This document shows positions 9,934-19,919 of a stretch of DNA of 64,000 nucleotides, one piece after another. The notes below the pieces were generated by a model. The model was not told the origin of the DNA and did no database searches. It saw only the letters and a program-made list of their open reading frames with translations. Within the stretch, counting starts at the first letter, position 1. Each line of letters starts with the position of its first letter. The position numbers and the translations under genes are program-made. The stretch is from Sphingobacteriales bacterium (GTDB taxonomy: Bacteria > Bacteroidota > Bacteroidia > Sphingobacteriales > Sphingobacteriaceae). The stretch lies in the NCBI GenBank assembly GCA_028288165.1, contig JAQBOG010000036.1, forward strand, positions 11,202 through 75,201, given 5' to 3'.

Positions 9934-10925
9934 TCTAAAAACCGATAAACCAAACCTAAAGATAAGCTTTGGCTCGATTGAATTTTGTCAGAGGTATCAT
10001 CGTCATATAAAGCAATTGCAGCGATAGATACGTTTATGAGCTTATTCACCTTTGCGGATATGGTGACATCAAGGCGATGGTCTATATGATTTAGACGTTT
10101 ATAGTTGGCAAACAATGCATAGCGGCTCTTCAAGTTAATATTCTTGGCGATGTCCTTATCCACATTGCTTACTACCTGGAAGGCAAGCTCATTTCGGAAA
10201 ACATTTCCTCTAGGTACTCCAAAATTTTTAGGATTAGTTTTGTATAAGCTAGTGTCTAAAACAAAAGTTTGCCGGGCAGTACCCGTACCTATACGTAAAT
10301 AAAATTCCTTGCTTGGTTTATATTCAAAACCAAATGATTCTGTTAAATAACCCGGGGACATAAAATGCGATATCAATACCCGTTCTTCATATCCTTGCCC
10401 ATCGCTGTTGTAGGTATATCCTTCATCAAATTGTGATTCAAAGTTCACGGAGCCGAAAAAGAACCAACTTTTAGAAAGCTTTAGTCCGCCTTTATTATCC
10501 CAAAAAATACGATCGTTCGTTTTACGCTCTAGCTGACCCTTATTCTTTAGTTTACCATATTGTAGAATTAACTCCGAAACGTAGTTCTTATCGCCTTTTG
10601 TGTAATCTGTTTTGAAATTTAATTGAGTTCCCAGTGCTAAGGAGTTTATTCCACCTCCGCTCCAATTATTGCTAAATGCAGCTTGGTTTAGGTTTACGCC
10701 AATAGTTAAACCGTTTCTCCAGTAATTAACTTTCATTTTTTCAAAAGCATCAGGTACAGGAATTGGACGTACAATAAGTGCAGGACGGTTAACAGGTAAG
10801 CTGTTTTTTCGTGGATATTGTCTTAGCTCCTCAATTTTCAAAGAGTCAGCAGCTGTTTTTTGGGCTTGAGCAGAAATGAGATTTAATAGTAATAATGCTA
10901 TTAAAAGGCTATAATACTTAAACAT
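9930..10925 (-). CDS. DUF3078-like outer-membrane beta-barrel protein
   Basis: Signal peptide; NQAAFSNNWSGGG, KTNDR, FMSPGY; C-terminal LGLVYRF strand. Confidence 0.8.
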   Translation of the reverse strand: MFKYYSLLIALLLLNLISAQAQKTAADSLKIEELRQYPRKNSLPVNRPALIVRPIPVPDAFEKMKVNYWRNGLTIGVNLNQAAFSNNWSGGGINSLALGTQLNFKTDYTKGDKNYVSELILQYGKLKNKGQLERKTNDRIFWDNKGGLKLSKSWFFFGSVNFESQFDEGYTYNSDGQGYEERVLISHFMSPGYLTESFGFEYKPSKEFYLRIGTGTARQTFVLDTSLYKTNPKNFGVPRGNVFRNELAFQVVSNVDKDIAKNINLKSRYALFANYKRLNHIDHRLDVTISAKVNKLINVSIAAIALYDDDTSDKIQSSQSLSLGLVYRFLD

Positions 10926-10971
10926 ACTGCTGCAAAGTAAAATAAATTGGATCGTTATTCTGGTAACACTT

Positions 10972-11316
10972 TTATATATTATTAATATTTGAGTTGAAAT
11001 ACTGTAGCCAAGTCCAAAATTTTCTGTTGGTCAAGTAGTTGAGTTCATGATCCATTAGATACGCTTCTTTCTCAAAAACGATGTTCATATAAGCTCTGTG
11101 ATGGTTTTTATATTTTAAAAGATTGATAAAATAATCAATTAGATAAAGCACATAAAAAGGGATCACTAACAACTCTAACTGTTGCCTTAAATGAATTTTT
11201 TCATGATTTATTACTCTTATATCTGTTTTTAGTTGCCGATGATTTAGCAATATGAAAGGGAATAAGGCCATACCCGATGCTGGTAAAAACGGAATAATTA
11301 GTATTGGAAAGCGCAT
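10972..11316 (-). CDS. Conserved hypothetical protein with an HExxH motif
   Basis: MALFPFI...NHEKIHLRQQ...AYMNIVFEKEAY; possible zincin-like fold. Confidence 0.7.
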   Translation of the reverse strand: MRFPILIIPFLPASGMALFPFILLNHRQLKTDIRVINHEKIHLRQQLELLVIPFYVLYLIDYFINLLKYKNHHRAYMNIVFEKEAYLMDHELNYLTNRKFWTWLQYFNSNINNI

Positions 11317-11351
11317 AAAATATTTTTTTGCATGAATGTTTTTAAAAACCG

Positions 11352-11432
11352 TGCTATAGCGTTAAGGATTGCGTGTAAATCCTTTTGCCCTACGCAAAAG
11401 ATTGAAACAAAAGCCTGCCCGAACGCCCAAAA
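11352..11432 (+). ncRNA. Structured repeat, Flavo-1-like RNA motif, copy 1
   Basis: gcgttaagga..aaatccttttgc..gcaaaagattgaaacaaaagcctgcccgaacgcccaaa; homologous to four other intergenic copies. Confidence 0.7.
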
Positions 11433-11454
11433 TATTTATTAAATCTATCTAGAA

Positions 11455-12192
11455 TTAAGGTTTTAAAGGCGGCAAGCGATGAGCTTTTGGATTTTGCATA
11501 TATTTTTGATAGCTAGATTTTATAAAGCTAATCAATTGGTAATCATTGGCTTCTAATATAAAATAATACGACGGTCTGTATTGTTGCATAAAATCGGTTA
11601 GCCGCTCTGCTGTTAAATTTGTTGCCGAGTTAACCAAGCTTTTAGAATACCTATAATCGATGATAGATTCCTTATAGTCCTGTTCTATAATTTCTTGTAG
11701 ATGCCGGGCATTTCGGCCCTGTCTGCTTAGTAGGTTATATATAGAGGTAATACTCAAGCCAACGCCCCCCGGTCCCAGGTGCAACATATCACCAGTATCA
11801 CCTTTCGTGTAAGCATCTTTATAGGCCGTTTTATTTTCGGCTAACTTTTCATTGGGCGACTCAACAGTATCTCTCACGGTAACTTCCCGTAAATAAATAC
11901 TTGTACGTTTCAAGTAAAAAATAATTGTATTTGAAGTGCCAACGCTGGCCGTGTCAACTGCATATCCCTGTAATGCGGCCACCAAAACATCGCCATGCTG
12001 AGCATTAGTTTTGAATTCGCCTTTAATATTATTGTAGAAACCTTTACTTGTTCTGGTATTATAGATGTATACCCTGGTGATCCGTTGCTTACTGTCTTTG
12101 TCAAAAACAATTCCTTGAACGGGTTTATCTTGAGCGAATAGTTTTGCTGCAGTTAGCAGTATCAGAAAAAGAAGATAAAGTGGTTTTTTCAA
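11455..12192 (-). CDS. Secreted protein with a carboxypeptidase-regulatory-like N-terminal domain
   Basis: Signal peptide; VQGIVFDKDS...GEF...LREVTV; TTG start. Confidence 0.65.
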   Translation of the reverse strand: MKKPLYLLFLILLTAAKLFAQDKPVQGIVFDKDSKQRITRVYIYNTRTSKGFYNNIKGEFKTNAQHGDVLVAALQGYAVDTASVGTSNTIIFYLKRTSIYLREVTVRDTVESPNEKLAENKTAYKDAYTKGDTGDMLHLGPGGVGLSITSIYNLLSRQGRNARHLQEIIEQDYKESIIDYRYSKSLVNSATNLTAERLTDFMQQYRPSYYFILEANDYQLISFIKSSYQKYMQNPKAHRLPPLKP

Positions 12193-12234
12193 GTGTTGAT
12201 AAAAATAAGCTAAAAATTTTTTCGGTACTGGTGT

Positions 12235-12250
12235 TTAACAAAACTTAACG
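12235..12250. promoter_or_regulatory. TTAACA-N4-TTAACG direct-repeat box
   Basis: ttaaca-aaac-ttaacg, 42 nt upstream of the CDS start at 12192. Confidence 0.45.
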
Positions 12251-12309
12251 TTTGTTTGCCTGCTTAGCTTACAAGATTCAAGCCACCGAAAAAACAGATA
12301 CAGAAAAGG

Positions 12310-13125
12310 CTATTTCGAAACAAGTAGCAAAGCGCCAAGCTTTAGATCGGTATTTTGTAAATTATTTAAGATTTTTAATTCATCTACAGTTAACCCAAAC
12401 CGTTTAGAAATGGAATAAAGTGTGTCGCTTTTTTTAACCTCGTAAATTTTCATCGCTACGGGAGGCTTCCCAACATCATCTTTCTTTTCTTCGGGGATAT
12501 TGGCTACAATTTGGTCAAGAACTTTGTCTTCTCTTTTTATTTTTTCCGTTTGAGATTCTTTACGGTCGTATTTAGATAGATCGTAGCGATCAATCAGGCT
12601 TATTAATAATTCTGGATATTTTGGGTTGGTGGCATACCCGGCCTGCTTCAGGCCATTCGCCCAGCCGATGTAGTCATTTTTATCCAGCTCAAATAGAAAT
12701 GCATAGCGTTTACGCTTTAAAAATTCTGAGTGATCACGAAAGGAATCTTCCGCGGATTTATAGACCCGAAAGCAATCGTCTTTTTGATCGTCATCTCTTA
12801 AAATGGTCTTTCCTTTCCAATCCGAATTGCATTTAATGCCAAAGTGGTTGTTCGCTTCAACTGCCAGGCTACTATTCCCATTTCCAGATTCAAGTAAACC
12901 TTGGGCAAGTGTAATGCTGGCAGGAATGCCATAAGTATTCATTTCTGCTATCGCGATAGCCTTGTATTTTTCAACGTATGAACTCGCACTTGAATTTTTG
13001 ACAAATGAATTGTCGATTGTTTTTTCAGGTTTCCTGTTGGCCGAACTTGGTAAAGCCTGTTTTCTCGAGCTACAAGAAACTAAAACTGAAGCTAAAATTA
13101 GAATACCTAAAAAGGTAGAACGCAT
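12310..13125 (-). CDS. GH73 glucosaminidase/peptidoglycan hydrolase lipoprotein with a LysM domain
   Basis: Lipobox LVSC; IPASITLAQGLLESG, NNHFGIKC, GYATNPKY; C-terminal LysM. Confidence 0.9.
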   Translation of the reverse strand: MRSTFLGILILASVLVSCSSRKQALPSSANRKPEKTIDNSFVKNSSASSYVEKYKAIAIAEMNTYGIPASITLAQGLLESGNGNSSLAVEANNHFGIKCNSDWKGKTILRDDDQKDDCFRVYKSAEDSFRDHSEFLKRKRYAFLFELDKNDYIGWANGLKQAGYATNPKYPELLISLIDRYDLSKYDRKESQTEKIKREDKVLDQIVANIPEEKKDDVGKPPVAMKIYEVKKSDTLYSISKRFGLTVDELKILNNLQNTDLKLGALLLVSK

Positions 13126-13135
13126 AAGTATATAA

Positions 13136-13819
13136 TCAAATTTCGAGTTTCTGCCCTAACCTTAAATTAGCAGTTCGCAGGTTATTTTTTTTCTTAATTA
13201 CTTTAACAGAGGTGTCAAATTTCTTTGCAATTTCAAGTAATGTATCGCCTCTTTTAACTCTGTAAACGGTAGATTTACTGGGTTGATTTGCAATAGCAGG
13301 GGTTTCTTCCTGTTCAGAATCTAACGGTTTTATATAACTAATGTTTTGATTATCGTATTGATAAAGCTGATACTTCTTAATAATGGCAATAACCTGTTTC
13401 GCCCATGTTTTACTTGCTGCATATCCTCCACGCTGTATCCCAACGGCCCAACCCATATAATCTGAGTCAGAAAATTTATCAAACAGCCTATTAAATTTTT
13501 GATGCCGTTTTAATGCTCCAATAAAATCTTCATATGATTCTTCGGTAGATTCATATCCTTTATAAGCTGATTTGATTTCAGAACTGTTGTTTTTACCCTT
13601 CATCCCAAAATGATTATTTAAATATTTTGCGATTTTGCTGGTACCGCTCCCAGATTCATGCATGGCTACGCCAAGGATAATACTTGCAGGAACTCCGTTT
13701 TTATTCATTTGTCGGATAGCTGCATCTTTATAAAGTTCGATGTATTTAGAAGCTGTAGATTGTTGTGCTGCTGCAGAAGTGCAGATAAAGAGTAGTAATA
13801 GCCAAAATATTTTTTTCAT
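13136..13819 (-). CDS. GH73 glucosaminidase with a LysM domain (paralogue)
   Basis: SpI signal peptide; VPASIILGVAMHESG, NNHFGMKG, GYAAS; C-terminal LysM YRVKRGDTL. Confidence 0.88.
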   Translation of the reverse strand: MKKIFWLLLLFICTSAAAQQSTASKYIELYKDAAIRQMNKNGVPASIILGVAMHESGSGTSKIAKYLNNHFGMKGKNNSSEIKSAYKGYESTEESYEDFIGALKRHQKFNRLFDKFSDSDYMGWAVGIQRGGYAASKTWAKQVIAIIKKYQLYQYDNQNISYIKPLDSEQEETPAIANQPSKSTVYRVKRGDTLLEIAKKFDTSVKVIKKKNNLRTANLRLGQKLEI

Positions 13820-13888
13820 CAGAATGATTTTAGATGAAACTTGAATGAGTTTGTACCCATCTCATGCAGGTTTCATAATTATTAATAT

Positions 13889-14527
13889 TTACTTTTTACG
13901 TATCACAAATAAACCATCACGTATCGGAAGAATGAGCTTCTCTACACGGCTGTCTGTTTGTACCCTATTGTTAAACTTAGTAATAATATTTGTAAACCGA
14001 TCATTATCATTATTTGATAGCACTTTTCCGCTCCAAAGCACATTGTCAACAATGATCAATCCTCCTGGGCGTAACTTGCTAAAAATTAAATCATAGTAAG
14101 TTTCGTTATTCTTTTTGTCAGCATCAATAAATACAAGGTCGAACGTTTCATCCAACGTTGGAATTATCTCGATTGCGTTTCCTAAATGATACTGTATCTG
14201 TGAGTTATATGGAGATTGCTCGAAAAAGTTACGAACCATTTCTTCTAGCTCCTGATTAACATCAATGGTGTGGATAATGCCGGTAGCAGAAAGGCCTTCT
14301 GCCAGGCAAAGAGTGGCATAACCGGTAAACGTACCTACTTCTAGAATACGTTCTGGATTAATGAGTTTGCTTAACATACTCAGCACCCGGCCCTGATAAT
14401 GTCCGGATACCATATGAGGCATAAGCACCTTCAAATGTGTTTCTCGATCGATGTGTTTTAGCAGATCAATTTCAGAATCACAATAGTTATCCAGGTAGTT
14501 TTTAAGTTCATCGCTTAGTAACTCCAT
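13889..14527 (-). CDS. Class I SAM-dependent O-methyltransferase (Methyltransf_3)
   Basis: ILEVGTFTGY, FDLVFIDADK and DNVLWSG motifs; start moved to ATG 14527 (MELLS) because TATTTTTG lies just upstream. Confidence 0.9.
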   Translation of the reverse strand: MELLSDELKNYLDNYCDSEIDLLKHIDRETHLKVLMPHMVSGHYQGRVLSMLSKLINPERILEVGTFTGYATLCLAEGLSATGIIHTIDVNQELEEMVRNFFEQSPYNSQIQYHLGNAIEIIPTLDETFDLVFIDADKKNNETYYDLIFSKLRPGGLIIVDNVLWSGKVLSNNDNDRFTNIITKFNNRVQTDSRVEKLILPIRDGLFVIRKK

Positions 14528-14663
14528 GGCCGCAAAAATAGTAATTTTTAATTTAACCCAAATTTTTAGGAGTTTCTCCTGTTTTGGCAATGGTTATTAA
14601 TCAGCATATTAGCTTTAATTTAATGGCTTTAAGGGCGATGAACGCCGTTTTTAAACCGTTTCC

Positions 14664-16784
14664 CTAAGCAGATTTTTTTTCAATTACAGCCATCGCCAAC
14701 CTAATTTTTGGGTAAGAAACCTGCTCATTTAAGTATTCGAAAATCGGTTTCATTGCCGTGGTAGCGCCAATTATCTTAATTGCTTTTTCTACTTCGGCAA
14801 CTTCTGTCGAGCTCACCAGTTCGTTCAGGTTCGTAATTTTCCCTCTTAAATATAAGTAAGCTAAATGCGAATAAACAGTTTGTGTACTAATACTCCGCTT
14901 GACAGCAATTTCATCGGGACTTAACCGCTGATTAAATAAAGTATGGGTTTCCTGGTACGTATCGCCTTTGCGTTTTTTGGAACTTGGAGTTTCTAAATAA
15001 TCATCAATCGCATCTAAAAACGCTTGGCCATATTTGTGATACTTATGTTCACCAACGCCCGATACTTGCAGCATTTCAAATTGATTGGTTGGTTTTGCAT
15101 TTACCATAGCTTGCAAAGTAGCATCGCTAAAAATTATATACGCTGGCACTTGTTCTTTTTGCGCAAACTCCTGGCGAAGTTTTCTTAAAATAGTAAACAG
15201 ATCTTCCAAAGGGACACTTGGTTTGGTTGCTCTAATGCGTTTTTCTACTTCTGGTTTTTCTTTCGGAAGAATAGCCGGTAAAACCGTCAATTCTATTTTG
15301 CTGCGCCCAAATAATATATCTTTTCCTTTTGGGGTGATTTTTAACGCAAAGTTTTCATCATAAGCTAATTCTAAAACACCAACATTTAATAATTGCATTA
15401 AATAACGCTGCCAATCCGATTGATGAATATCTGAACCAGCGCCATGGGTTTTTAATTTATCATACCCGGCGGCTAAGATTTCTGCCTTACGGGAACCTCG
15501 TAAAACGTCGATCAGCATGGTTACACCTTCCTTTTCATCCATGCGAGCGATAGCTGATAGCGCTTTTTGGGTAATGAGTGTGCCATCGAAATGTTTCCGG
15601 GGGCTTTTGCATACATCGCAATTGCCACAATTTTCTTCGAGTGTTTCAGAAAAGTAATTCAAGAGGATTTTTCTGCGGCAACTATCCGCTTCAGCGTAGT
15701 GCTGAATACGATTTAGTTTTTCAAGATTCAGATCAGCTTGCCCGCCTTCCAAAGCAAACTTATTCAACATGAGTAAATCCTGGTAATTATAATAAAGCAT
15801 GGTTTCAGAAGGAAGTCCGTCACGTCCGGCCCGGCCAATTTCCTGGTAATAACCTTCCATGTTTTTTGGAAGATTGTAATGTATTACCCACCGAACATTC
15901 GATTTATCAATTCCCATCCCAAAAGCGATGGTAGCACAAACAACCTGAAGTTTATCGTTTATGAAATCCTCCTGTATTTTAGAACGATCTTCTGCGGCCA
16001 TCCCTGCATGATAATAGTTTGCGTCAATACCAAAGTTCCGGAGTTTATCAGAAATATCTTCACAAGCTTTACGACTTAAACAGTAAATGATTCCATTTTG
16101 GTTTGGGCGCTTAATGATGAAATCAGCAATCTCATTAATTTTCTCTTTTGGCTTTATGCCGATGCGTACTTCTAAACTTAAATTCTTTCTGTCAAATGAG
16201 GAGATGAAGACTTTCGGGTCTTTTAAGTTCAGTTGTTTAGATATATCTTTTCGTGTTATTTTATCAGCAGTAGCGGTAAGTGCGACAAACGGGATGTGAC
16301 TAAATTTTTCACGTAAGTAACCCAGCTTCGTATATTCTGGCCTGAAGTCATGACCCCATGATGAAATGCAGTGTGCTTCATCAATTGCCAACATGCTAGG
16401 TTTGGCCATGTTGGATATGACATCTAAGTCAGTAAGCAATTTTTCTGGAGATACGTATAATAGGCCTACTTCCCCCCGATAACACGCTTCTAGTATTTCT
16501 TGTTGTTCTGCAAAACTTTGTGTGCTGTTTAAGAATTCAGCAGCTATTCCATTTGCTTTTAGAGAGTCTACCTGATCCTTCATCAAAGAAATTAGCGGGG
16601 AAATCACGATGCAGGTTCCATCTAATAATAAAGCTGGTATTTGAAAGCAAAGCGATTTGCCTCCGCCTGTTGGCATCAGCACTAAAACATCTTTCTTATC
16701 TAAAATACATTGGATGATTTCTTCCTGCAATGGTCTGAACTCATCGTAACCATAATATTTTTTTAACGTTTCGTGGGCAGTCAT
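14664..16784 (-). CDS. recQ: ATP-dependent DNA helicase RecQ (HRDC plus C-terminal HTH)
   Basis: MPTGGGKS, DEAHCISSWGHDFRP, QEIGRAGRDG, Zn-binding CRR...CGNCDVC, HRDC VPAYIIFSDATL. Confidence 0.96.
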   Translation of the reverse strand: MTAHETLKKYYGYDEFRPLQEEIIQCILDKKDVLVLMPTGGGKSLCFQIPALLLDGTCIVISPLISLMKDQVDSLKANGIAAEFLNSTQSFAEQQEILEACYRGEVGLLYVSPEKLLTDLDVISNMAKPSMLAIDEAHCISSWGHDFRPEYTKLGYLREKFSHIPFVALTATADKITRKDISKQLNLKDPKVFISSFDRKNLSLEVRIGIKPKEKINEIADFIIKRPNQNGIIYCLSRKACEDISDKLRNFGIDANYYHAGMAAEDRSKIQEDFINDKLQVVCATIAFGMGIDKSNVRWVIHYNLPKNMEGYYQEIGRAGRDGLPSETMLYYNYQDLLMLNKFALEGGQADLNLEKLNRIQHYAEADSCRRKILLNYFSETLEENCGNCDVCKSPRKHFDGTLITQKALSAIARMDEKEGVTMLIDVLRGSRKAEILAAGYDKLKTHGAGSDIHQSDWQRYLMQLLNVGVLELAYDENFALKITPKGKDILFGRSKIELTVLPAILPKEKPEVEKRIRATKPSVPLEDLFTILRKLRQEFAQKEQVPAYIIFSDATLQAMVNAKPTNQFEMLQVSGVGEHKYHKYGQAFLDAIDDYLETPSSKKRKGDTYQETHTLFNQRLSPDEIAVKRSISTQTVYSHLAYLYLRGKITNLNELVSSTEVAEVEKAIKIIGATTAMKPIFEYLNEQVSYPKIRLAMAVIEKKSA

Positions 16785-16801
16785 GAATACTTATGAGCAA
16801 A

Positions 16802-17221
16802 TCAGAAGAAGTTATTCTTCTTTTCCATGTATGATTGAAGAATAATTGTGGCAGAAATCGTATCAACCCGGGCTTTGTTTTGGCGGTCAGATTTTTTAAA
16901 TCCGCTTTGTGCTACCACTGCGGATGCCATTTTTGAAGTAAAGCGTTCATCGATGGTTTCTATCGGGATAGTTGGGAAGTTTTTTTTGAGCAAGGTAATA
17001 AAACCCTTTACATGCTGCGCAGATTGAGATGCAGTTCCATCCATTTGTTTAGGCTCACCAACCACAAAAAGTTCAACTTGTTCGGTTAGTAGATATTTTC
17101 TCAAAAAATTCATAATATCCTTGGGATGTATGGTGTCAAGGCCCGTTGCAATAATTTGCATGGGATCAGTAACAGCTATACCGGTACGCTTAGTTCCGTA
17201 GTCAAAAGCCATGATACGCAT
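16802..17221 (-). CDS. yqgF: YqgF/RuvX pre-16S rRNA processing nuclease
   Basis: AFDYGTKRTGIAV, DERFTS and VDTISATIILQSY motifs. Confidence 0.95.
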   Translation of the reverse strand: MRIMAFDYGTKRTGIAVTDPMQIIATGLDTIHPKDIMNFLRKYLLTEQVELFVVGEPKQMDGTASQSAQHVKGFITLLKKNFPTIPIETIDERFTSKMASAVVAQSGFKKSDRQNKARVDTISATIILQSYMEKKNNFF

Positions 17222-17231
17222 AGCTTAGCGG

Positions 17232-17259
17232 TGAGATTTGAGATTTGAGATTTGAGATT
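17232..17259. repeat. Tandem heptamer repeat (TGAGATT)x4
   Basis: Four exact copies read directly. Confidence 0.9.
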
Positions 17260-17344
17260 GCACAGGTCAAATATAACTAAGAATTTTAGTTTTTTGTGTT
17301 CGTGTTTACTGAAAATTAAATATACTAAAGCTAAAAACGTAAGT

Positions 17345-17374
17345 CTCAATACTCAATACTAGTTACTCAATACT
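17345..17374. repeat. Degenerate tandem heptamer repeat (CTCAATA)x4
   Basis: ctcaata ctcaata ctagtta ctcaata ct. Confidence 0.75.
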
Positions 17375-17394
17375 TTTTTACTATTTTGCAAACT

Positions 17395-18540
17395 ATGCAG
17401 TTTAGTGACATTATCGGTCAGGAGGAAGTTAAAGCGCATCTTATTCAAACAGTGAATGAGAACAGAATTAGTCATGCGCAACTGTTTTTAGGCCCAGAAG
17501 GTTCTGGAAGTTTGGCTCTGGCCTTTGCGTACGCACAATATATCAGCTGTGAAAACCGGATGCCTACAGATAGCTGCGGCCAATGTAACTCGTGTAGAAA
17601 GTACAGCAAGTTAGTTCATCCGGATTTGCATTTCTCGTATCCTTTCTTCGCAAAGCACAAAGACGATACGGCTTTAACCTATATTCAACCTTGGCGAAAA
17701 GCGTTTTTGACAAACCCATACCTTAATTTGGACGAATGGCGAAACACGCTTGATGCAGAAAATAAGCAAGCAAACATCAACATTGCAGAATGCCACCAAA
17801 TAATAAGTAAACTCAGCTTAAAGCCTTTCGAAGGAGAATACAAAGTACTTATTATGTGGTTGCCAGAATATCTTGATAAGGAAGGCAACACCTTACTTAA
17901 GATTATCGAAGAACCATCATACAAAACGTTGTTTCTACTGGTTGCGCAAAATCAAGATCAGATTTTAAACACAATTTTATCAAGAACGCAATTGGTAAAA
18001 ATTCACCGGTTAAGCGATCAGGCAATCAAGCAATACTTAATTTCAGAAAAAGGAATGTCTGAACAAAAGGCAATTCAAATTGCTTATTTAAGTGGAGGCA
18101 ATTTTAACGCAGCCTTAAATTTTTTGGAAGAGGATGAGAACGACAACTTCAAACTATTTTCTGATTGGATGCGCATGACCTACGGAGACCACGGAATGAA
18201 AATCATTGATTTTGTGGAGATGGTTGCGAAGCTTGGCCGTGAAAATCAGAAAAACTTTTTGCGCTACGGCTTGAATCTCATCCGGGAAAGCGTAATGATA
18301 CTTTCGGGTGCGCAAGATCTGGTTCATTTACCGGAGGCAGAATTTCAATTTATATCAAATTTTAGTAAAGTTATGAGCCTGGCTAAAGCCGAAGCACTGT
18401 TAAATGAGATGGATAAGGCACATTACCACATAGAGCGCAACGCAAACCCTAAAATTTTATTTTTAGATGTATCTTTACAGTTCGTTAAAATTTTAAAGTT
18501 TAATACGCTCCCCGCGGGGACTCAATATATATATAATTAA
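17395..18540 (+). CDS. holB: DNA polymerase III subunit delta-prime
   Basis: FSDIIGQ, HAQLFLG, CGQCNSC, HPDLHF and LLKIIEEP motifs; ATG at 17395 preferred to TTG at 17386. Confidence 0.9.
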   Translation: MQFSDIIGQEEVKAHLIQTVNENRISHAQLFLGPEGSGSLALAFAYAQYISCENRMPTDSCGQCNSCRKYSKLVHPDLHFSYPFFAKHKDDTALTYIQPWRKAFLTNPYLNLDEWRNTLDAENKQANINIAECHQIISKLSLKPFEGEYKVLIMWLPEYLDKEGNTLLKIIEEPSYKTLFLLVAQNQDQILNTILSRTQLVKIHRLSDQAIKQYLISEKGMSEQKAIQIAYLSGGNFNAALNFLEEDENDNFKLFSDWMRMTYGDHGMKIIDFVEMVAKLGRENQKNFLRYGLNLIRESVMILSGAQDLVHLPEAEFQFISNFSKVMSLAKAEALLNEMDKAHYHIERNANPKILFLDVSLQFVKILKFNTLPAGTQYIYN

Positions 18541-18542
18541 TC

Positions 18543-19910
18543 ATGAGTTGTGGAAGTTGTTCATCAGGTGGTTGTGCGCCTGCGGGCTGTAAAAGTAATG
18601 GCTCTTGCCTTACAAACGGCTGTAGTAAACTAGATGTATATGACTGGTTGTCGCATATGGACATGCCAGCTAATTATAAAATATTCAACATTATAGAAAT
18701 AAAGTTTAAAGGTTCTCGAAAAGACTTTTTCATTAACACTGAGAATTTTTACTTGGAGGCCGGTGAGCTGGTTGTTGTTGAAACCGTAACTGGCGGATTT
18801 GACGTTGGTCATGTTTCTTTAACGGGCGAATTGGTACGCATGCAATTAAAGAAGCGTAACGTTCGGGTTGAAGAAGTTAGCAAGAAAATTTATCGAAAAG
18901 CCACTCCGGCTGATGTAGATAAGTGGAAATTAGCCAAAGAAATGGAGTCGGACACGATGTATAAAGCACGTGTGATGGCAAAAGATTTGGGCTTAGCCAT
19001 GAAATTAAGCGATGTAGATTACCAGGGCGATAAAACTAAAGCTACTTTTTATTACACTGCCGAAGGTCGGGTTGACTTTAGGGAGTTGATTAAAAAAATG
19101 GCCGAAACGTTTCGGATCCGTATTGAAATGCGCCAAATTGGAATGCGTCAGGAGGCCAGCCGTTTAGGTGGTATTGGCTCATGCGGGAGGGAATTATGCT
19201 GCTCTACATGGTTAACCGATTTTAAAACCGTTTCTACTTCTGCTGCCAGGTATCAAAATTTATCTCTAAATACTTTGAAACTTGCCGGACAATGCGGCAA
19301 ATTAAAGTGCTGTTTAAATTACGAGTTGGATACTTACATGGATGCGCTGAAAGATATTCCTGATAATGTAGATCGTTTAGAAACAGTAAGAGGAACGGCT
19401 AAACTTCAGAAAACAGACATCTTCAAAAAGCTAATGTGGTTTAGCTATCCGATGGAAGAATCATGGATTCCGTTGGAGATTAAGCGTGTGAAAGAAATAC
19501 AGATTTTAAATAAAGAAGGTGTTAAACCAGATGATTTAAATGATGAAGCGGTAGAACTGGAAAAACCAGTAATTGCTAAAGTTTTGGATTATGAAAACGT
19601 GGTAGGCCAGGATAGCTTAACCCGTTTAGATGAAAAAACCAATAAGCGCAAAAAACCGAATAGAAATAACAGGAATAAGCCCCAAGGTCAGAAACCTCAA
19701 GTTGCCGATGATTCTGTAGCAGTGGTTAACAATCGCCCGCAGCCTCAACAACGGAAAAATAATAAACCTGCTGAAGCGAAACCAAGAGTAGATGCAGCAG
19801 TTGAAGGAGCACCTGTTAACACAAATACCCCAAACCCAAACCGAAACAATAATAGAAGGAGGAATAATAGGAATGGAAACAAACCTAAACCACCTACTTC
19901 TATTGAATAA
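18543..19910 (+). CDS. ricT: RicT/YaaT (PSP1 domain) Fe-S protein with a low-complexity C-terminal tail
   Basis: RVDFRELIK, RIEMRQIG, GSCGRELCC and GQCGKLKCCLNYE motifs; holB-ricT synteny. Confidence 0.92.
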   Translation: MSCGSCSSGGCAPAGCKSNGSCLTNGCSKLDVYDWLSHMDMPANYKIFNIIEIKFKGSRKDFFINTENFYLEAGELVVVETVTGGFDVGHVSLTGELVRMQLKKRNVRVEEVSKKIYRKATPADVDKWKLAKEMESDTMYKARVMAKDLGLAMKLSDVDYQGDKTKATFYYTAEGRVDFRELIKKMAETFRIRIEMRQIGMRQEASRLGGIGSCGRELCCSTWLTDFKTVSTSAARYQNLSLNTLKLAGQCGKLKCCLNYELDTYMDALKDIPDNVDRLETVRGTAKLQKTDIFKKLMWFSYPMEESWIPLEIKRVKEIQILNKEGVKPDDLNDEAVELEKPVIAKVLDYENVVGQDSLTRLDEKTNKRKKPNRNNRNKPQGQKPQVADDSVAVVNNRPQPQQRKNNKPAEAKPRVDAAVEGAPVNTNTPNPNRNNNRRRNNRNGNKPKPPTSIE

Positions 19911-19919
19911 ATAAATGCG

